A stretch of 64,000 bases of DNA. It comes from Nitrospirota bacterium (GTDB lineage Bacteria > Nitrospirota > Thermodesulfovibrionia > Thermodesulfovibrionales > Dissulfurispiraceae). Positions 59,891-64,000 of the stretch are shown piece by piece. A model generated the notes under the pieces. That model ran no database searches and was not told where the DNA came from. It was given only the letters and a program-made list of their open reading frames with translations. The stretch is from contig CAVPZX010000003.1 of the NCBI GenBank assembly GCA_963710375.1, positions 224,001 through 288,000 of the forward strand, given 5' to 3'. A program made the position numbers and the translations under genes. The number at the start of each line of letters is the position of its first letter. Position 1 is the first letter of the stretch.

Positions 59891-60989
59891 GTGAAACTTG
59901 CGATCATAGGGCTCTCAAACGCGGGAAAGACAACAGTTTTTAATGCCCTGACCGGGCAGAGTCTCGATGCCACAATCTATCCTACAGTCAGCGGCGAGCC
60001 AAACTTCGGTGTAGTCAAAGTCCCTGACGAGAGAATCGAAAGACTCGCCGAAATCTATAAACCCAAGAAAGTTACTTATGCCACGGTTGAATATATAGAT
60101 TATATAGGACTAACAAAAGGCGATCTAGCACAGAACAGAAAGGTTTTTGATCTTATCAAGGATGTTGACGCCATTGTTCACGTAGTCAGGGCTTTTGAGG
60201 ATGATGCTGTTTCACATCCCATGAATGATATAAACCCTTTGCGGGACATAGAGACGCTGGAACTTGAGCTTGTGTTCGGCGATCTGGAATTTGTGGATAA
60301 AAGGCTTGAACGCATGGACGAGGGCGCAAAAAAAGGCAAAAAACCGAACGAGGCTGAAAAAAAGCTTCTTCGGAAATGTAAGGATGCCCTCGAAAAAGAG
60401 GTCCCGCTCAGGAATGTGCAGTTTGACGAGGAAGAGCAAAAACTGATGAGGCCGCTTCAATTCATTTCAACGAAACCCGAGGTTATTGTGATAAACACAG
60501 TCTGAAGGCGACTTGAACAGCGGTAAGTCAGACACGCTGCAGTCTTCGGTAGAAAACTATGTAGCGGAGAAGGGCCTGGCAGAGACAACAAAAGTGATAA
60601 CGCTATGCGGGAAGATCGAGATGGAGATAGCGCAGCTCTCTGGTGATGAGGCAAAGGCATTTCTGGAAGATCTGGGGATAGAGGAGCCGGCCCTTAAGAA
60701 GCTTATAAAAGTCAGCTACGACCTGTTGGGCCTCATTTCGTTTCTTACTGCCGGAGAGGATGAGGTGAGGGCGTGGACCATAACAAAAGGGACAGGCGCC
60801 CAGAAAGCTGCAGGGAAAATACATTCAGACATAGAACGGGGCTTTATTCGTGCAGAACTTGTCAGTTACGATGACTTTATTGCCGACGGCGGTATGTCTG
60901 CGGCCAGGGACAGAGGCCACCTGCGGCTTGAAGGAAAGACGTATGAAGTAAAGGACGGGGACATCATCAATTTCAGATTTAATGTATAG
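59891..60989 (+). CDS. ychF: Redox-regulated ATPase YchF (apparent +1 frameshift at about 60501)
   Basis: IIGLSNAGKT, G.VKVPDER, FLTAGEDEVRAWTI, AAGKIHSDIERGFIRAE, DGDIINFRFNV. Confidence 0.94.
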
Positions 60990-60991
60990 GG

Positions 60992-61010
60992 CCCGCATTA
61001 TTCATAAATT
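60992..61010. mobile_element. Solo terminus of the same family as the 46695-46883 element
   Basis: CCCGCATTATTCATAAATT versus CCCACATTATTCATAAATT (reverse complement of 46864-46882); also follows a TAG stop. Confidence 0.6.
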
Positions 61011-61247
61011 GTAAAAGATAGAACCTGACCTGTCAGTCAATGTCAGAGCGAGTGTGAATTTCCGCTTCCTATAGGAAGGATATCGCAAAGTCGGAAAGGC
61101 ATTCAACTTCTCAGCGTCGCGTGTCGCGAGCTTGCGTTCGGTGCGACGACGCAAACACCGTCCGGAATAGAAGACCCGTAGTCTTAACATTTGTATTGAA
61201 GTTTTCTATACAACAGTGTATTGTAAAAGTGTATAAGGAGGTGTCCT

Positions 61248-61529
61248 ATGGCACAGGCACAAAGGAAGGAAGCCGTATCCATCAACATACGCGCCAAAGC
61301 GGAACAACGCGATCTCATCGACCAGGCCGCCGAACGGCTTGGTCGAAGCCGGTCAGATTTTATGCTTGGCGCTGCCTGCCGAGAAGCGGAAGACGTGCTG
61401 CTTGACCAGGCGTTTTTCACGGTCAATGCTGGAACCTTCGCCAAGTTTCAGGCGATGCTTGACCGGCCTTTACCGCCGACCGACAAGCTACGCCGGTTGC
61501 TCAAGACGAAAGCTCCCTGGGACAAATGA
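61248..61529 (+). CDS. DUF1778-family (TacA/AtaR-like) antitoxin
   Basis: INIRAK..QRDLIDQAA..LGRSRSDFML.AA..EAEDVLLDQ. Confidence 0.9.
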   Translation: MAQAQRKEAVSINIRAKAEQRDLIDQAAERLGRSRSDFMLGAACREAEDVLLDQAFFTVNAGTFAKFQAMLDRPLPPTDKLRRLLKTKAPWDK

Positions 61530-62038
61530 CAGCCTTTGTTCTAACGCCTCCGTCGCCAATTTCAGCCGATCACGTCCTTGACGGTTTTGAATGCGGAGAG
61601 CCGTCACTGGATGAATGGCTGAAAAAGCGGGCGCTCAAGAACCATGCTTCAGGAGCCTCACGTTGCTTTGTCATTTGCCATGGTGCGGATGTTGTAGGCT
61701 ATTACAGTTTGTCTGCAGGGGCAATCAGACATGAATCGGTCACTAAGGCACTACGGCGCAATATGCCTGATCCACTGCCGGTGCTGGTGCTTGGCCGGTT
61801 GGCGATTGACCGGCGTTATCACAACCAAGGCCTTGGCAGCGCGCTGCTACGCGATGCCATGATTCGCGCCGTCAAAGTCTCTTACGATGCGGGCATATTC
61901 GCACTCATGGTTCATGCGTTGTCGGAACAGGCCAGGCGTTTCTATCTTTCGCGAGGTTTCGTAGAGTCACCGTTTCAGCCGATGACGCTTATGACGACTT
62001 TGGCAACAGTGCGCTCCATTCTGGCCGAACCAAATTGA
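61526..62038 (+). CDS. GNAT acetyltransferase toxin (TacT/AtaT-like)
   Basis: FECGEPSLDEWL, RNMPDPLPV..LGRLAID...QGLGSALL, FYLSRGF; ATGA-coupled to the antitoxin. Confidence 0.9.
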   Translation: MTAFVLTPPSPISADHVLDGFECGEPSLDEWLKKRALKNHASGASRCFVICHGADVVGYYSLSAGAIRHESVTKALRRNMPDPLPVLVLGRLAIDRRYHNQGLGSALLRDAMIRAVKVSYDAGIFALMVHALSEQARRFYLSRGFVESPFQPMTLMTTLATVRSILAEPN

Positions 62039-62053
62039 CCCCAAGAACTATGA

Positions 62054-62961
62054 TCATTGACAGCAGTATCGCGCAAGGCCATTTTGATGCGGCTTTCGAT
62101 GAAGGTTTCTATGCACATTCTTTCGGGTTATTACAACAGTTACCCAACGTCCGTCGAAATATTTTTCCGATAATTTCAGGCCCTGCTTTTCCATGGCCTC
62201 TATTACGTCATCTTCCTGGCCTGACAGCATCCCTGACATAAGTGCAATACCTGCATTGTCCAGGCAGGGCGCCAGGTCAGGGGCTATGCGTATCAGTATC
62301 TCCGACATCAAATTCGCTGCTATGAAATCAAAAGTGCCGCATCCGGGACTGACAGTCCCTTCCCGGACTACGATATTTTCGAGATTATTAAGCTTTATGT
62401 TCCTCTGTGAGGCAACGATGGCAAGAGGGTCGATGTCCAGACCGAGGACATGGCGAAATCCCAGCTTAGAGGCTGCTATTGCAAGTATGCCGGTGCCTGT
62501 GCCGACATCCAGAAATCTGTCTCTGGCGTAGTTTAGCGCGAACCGTTCTATTAGCATGAGGCAGGTCCTGGTGGTTTCATGGTGACCGGTCCCAAAAGCC
62601 ATTCCGGGATCTATAATGAGATTGATGCGGCCCTCTTTCCTGTTTTCCCAGGGGGGAGAATAGAGAAGCGTTTGCCGGCATCGATGGGCACGAATTTCTT
62701 TTTCCACGACTCGTTCCAGTCTCTCTCCGAGACGAAAACGTAATCGAAGGAGATGACACGTTCCAAACCGGCATCTTCAAGTATTGCATCGCACAATGCC
62801 AGTTCATCAATGATACGGCTGATGCCCAGGGTATCCGGGAAATACGCTACGATGCGGGTTTCATGCTCGATAATGCCCAGACAGCCTGCCGCCGAAATCC
62901 TATGCACCAGCGCATCACGTGATTCGTCAGGCAGCGTGATACTAAATTCGTAATATCCCAA
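62054..62961 (-). CDS. prmA: Ribosomal protein L11 methyltransferase (one-base deletion in a C run at 62651-62656)
   Basis: DWNESWKK in one frame; IDPGMAFGTGHHETT and LDVGTGTGILAI in the next. Adding one C restores ILPPWE. Confidence 0.9.
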
Positions 62962-62962
62962 T

Positions 62963-63988
62963 TTATTTTATACTCGTGCCGATACTCCCCACTATATTCA
63001 TTCCCTTTACTCTATTAATCTCCTGCTGCATGTCGTTGACTTTCTTTGATAGTTCTGCTATAGTGTTCTTCTGTTCCTGAACAACCCTTGTCAATACAGC
63101 AACTATATCCATCGGACTCAGACCTTTCCTGTCTTTTGTTGCCACAAGTTCGGGAACATCCTCTGCAATAAAACCGACATGTGTGTCTTCTTTGTCTGTC
63201 TTGTAATTAAATTTTACGGGGCTCAGCCCGTCCAACACATGATCAGCCTCTTCCGTTGTCAGTGTCTTAATATTTTCCTTGTATGCCCTGCTTGATGCGT
63301 TGTTCCACGTATTTCCGTCCGAATAAGCTCCGCTGGCCCCGGCCAGTTGCAACAGATGACCTGGACTTGGTTCGGGGATGCCGCTGCCGGTATCTCCGCC
63401 GATGCCGACATTGCCGTTTGAAGTTATTACCATTCTTTCGAGCCTGGGGAACCCGGTTGAAAGTGTCTCAAACACAAGTTTTGTCGGCACACTGCCGGGT
63501 ATGCCGGGTGTACCGGGTATAACAGTGCCATCCACTTTAGCGGTAAAGCCAGCGGCATTCACAAAGTTTGCTCCGTCATATCCGGCGAATACGAAAAATC
63601 CCACCCTGTCTCCAAGTGCAACGACTGTTGGTGATGACTGCGTACCCCTCGCAAACCTGAAATTACCGCCGCCGCCCCATGTCACAGTAGTGGCAGGTGA
63701 TACAGGTAATCCGTAAGAATCCATGACGAACTCGGTATTATTGCTGTTTGAAGAAGCGTAGAATAGACTCCCTGACGGACCGTTAAAGGTACTGCTGTTG
63801 AGCCGTAAGGTGCCATCGTCAGCGGCTGCGAATTCTATATTATTTCCGGAGTCAGTAACTATCAGCCTGTCGGTGCTGTGCGCCCAATTAGGGCTTACAA
63901 AAATCACAAGACCTATGGCAGCCATGTATAAAACTGGGTACCACCTTGACTTAATTGTCTTTGTCCTTGCAAGAGTATTCTCTCTCAT
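62963..63988 (-). CDS. Secreted tail-fibre-like protein with a C-terminal intramolecular chaperone (peptidase S74-like) domain
   Basis: N-terminal hydrophobic segment; ERMVITSNGNVGIG; SSRAYKENI...GFIAEDVPELV; terminal coiled coil. Confidence 0.75.
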   Translation of the reverse strand: MRENTLARTKTIKSRWYPVLYMAAIGLVIFVSPNWAHSTDRLIVTDSGNNIEFAAADDGTLRLNSSTFNGPSGSLFYASSNSNNTEFVMDSYGLPVSPATTVTWGGGGNFRFARGTQSSPTVVALGDRVGFFVFAGYDGANFVNAAGFTAKVDGTVIPGTPGIPGSVPTKLVFETLSTGFPRLERMVITSNGNVGIGGDTGSGIPEPSPGHLLQLAGASGAYSDGNTWNNASSRAYKENIKTLTTEEADHVLDGLSPVKFNYKTDKEDTHVGFIAEDVPELVATKDRKGLSPMDIVAVLTRVVQEQKNTIAELSKKVNDMQQEINRVKGMNIVGSIGTSIK

Positions 63989-64000
63989 TTTTGTTCTCCT

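Noticed and set aside
12116..60989. tyrS, hemA, topA, ychF and the transglutaminase as true pseudogenes or programmed frameshifts
   Set aside because: Both halves keep their family motifs, there are no slippery sequences, and all breaks share the AG(T/A)CT signature, so a systematic sequencing error is more economical.
61114..61152. GC-rich hairpin upstream of the DUF1778/GNAT pair as an ncRNA or attC
   Set aside because: Single imperfect stem with no flanking core sites and no second copy.
62651..62656. Phase variation of prmA at a G6/G7 tract
   Set aside because: The tract is short, and single-base homopolymer deletion is a common long-read error in an assembly that already shows indels.
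118..63716. Many antisense or overlapping ORFs in the track (e.g. 118-357, 3869-4639, 7566-7787, 53162-53731, 53916-54167)
   Set aside because: They are shadows of real genes or read through palindromic elements, with no RBS or family motifs.

Overview
A 64 kb chromosomal segment of an anaerobic Gram-negative bacterium. Gene content and protein style suggest Nitrospirota (Thermodesulfovibrionia-like) or a deltaproteobacterium; this is an impression, not a search result. Core and metabolic genes: a sigma54-controlled methylmalonyl-CoA cluster (sucCD-mce-mutase-meaB), argJ, a diguanylate cyclase, tyrS, an ECF Ni/Co transporter lacking its S component, MoxR-DUF58-transglutaminase, a long argG-dprA-topA-ccsA-hemA-hemC-cobA/hemD run, panC, glgC, nfeD, rodZ, rnr, hemW, degP, tilS, tRNA-Ser(GCT), ychF and prmA. 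Accessory genes: BrnT-type and DUF1778/GNAT toxin-antitoxin pairs, and an island at about 48-52.5 kb with a Shedu/DUF4263-like nuclease and a second PD-(D/E)XK protein. Main observations: (1) five +1 frameshifts in conserved genes all sit at AGTCT/AGACT and are repaired by restoring AGCT, most likely a basecalling footprint of AGCT methylation; (2) a three-gene cluster that looks like a bacterial ceramide pathway (reductase, serine palmitoyltransferase, ceramide-synthase-like GNAT); (3) a twin-pentaloop leader overlapping a terminator ahead of the Ni/Co transporter; (4) Xer/dif-like half-sites at accessory gene borders, including an apparently empty permuted site; (5) four MITE-like palindromic elements, two with target duplications, plus a family of tandem-repeat palindromes. 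Family assignments come from motif recognition only; no searches were run.
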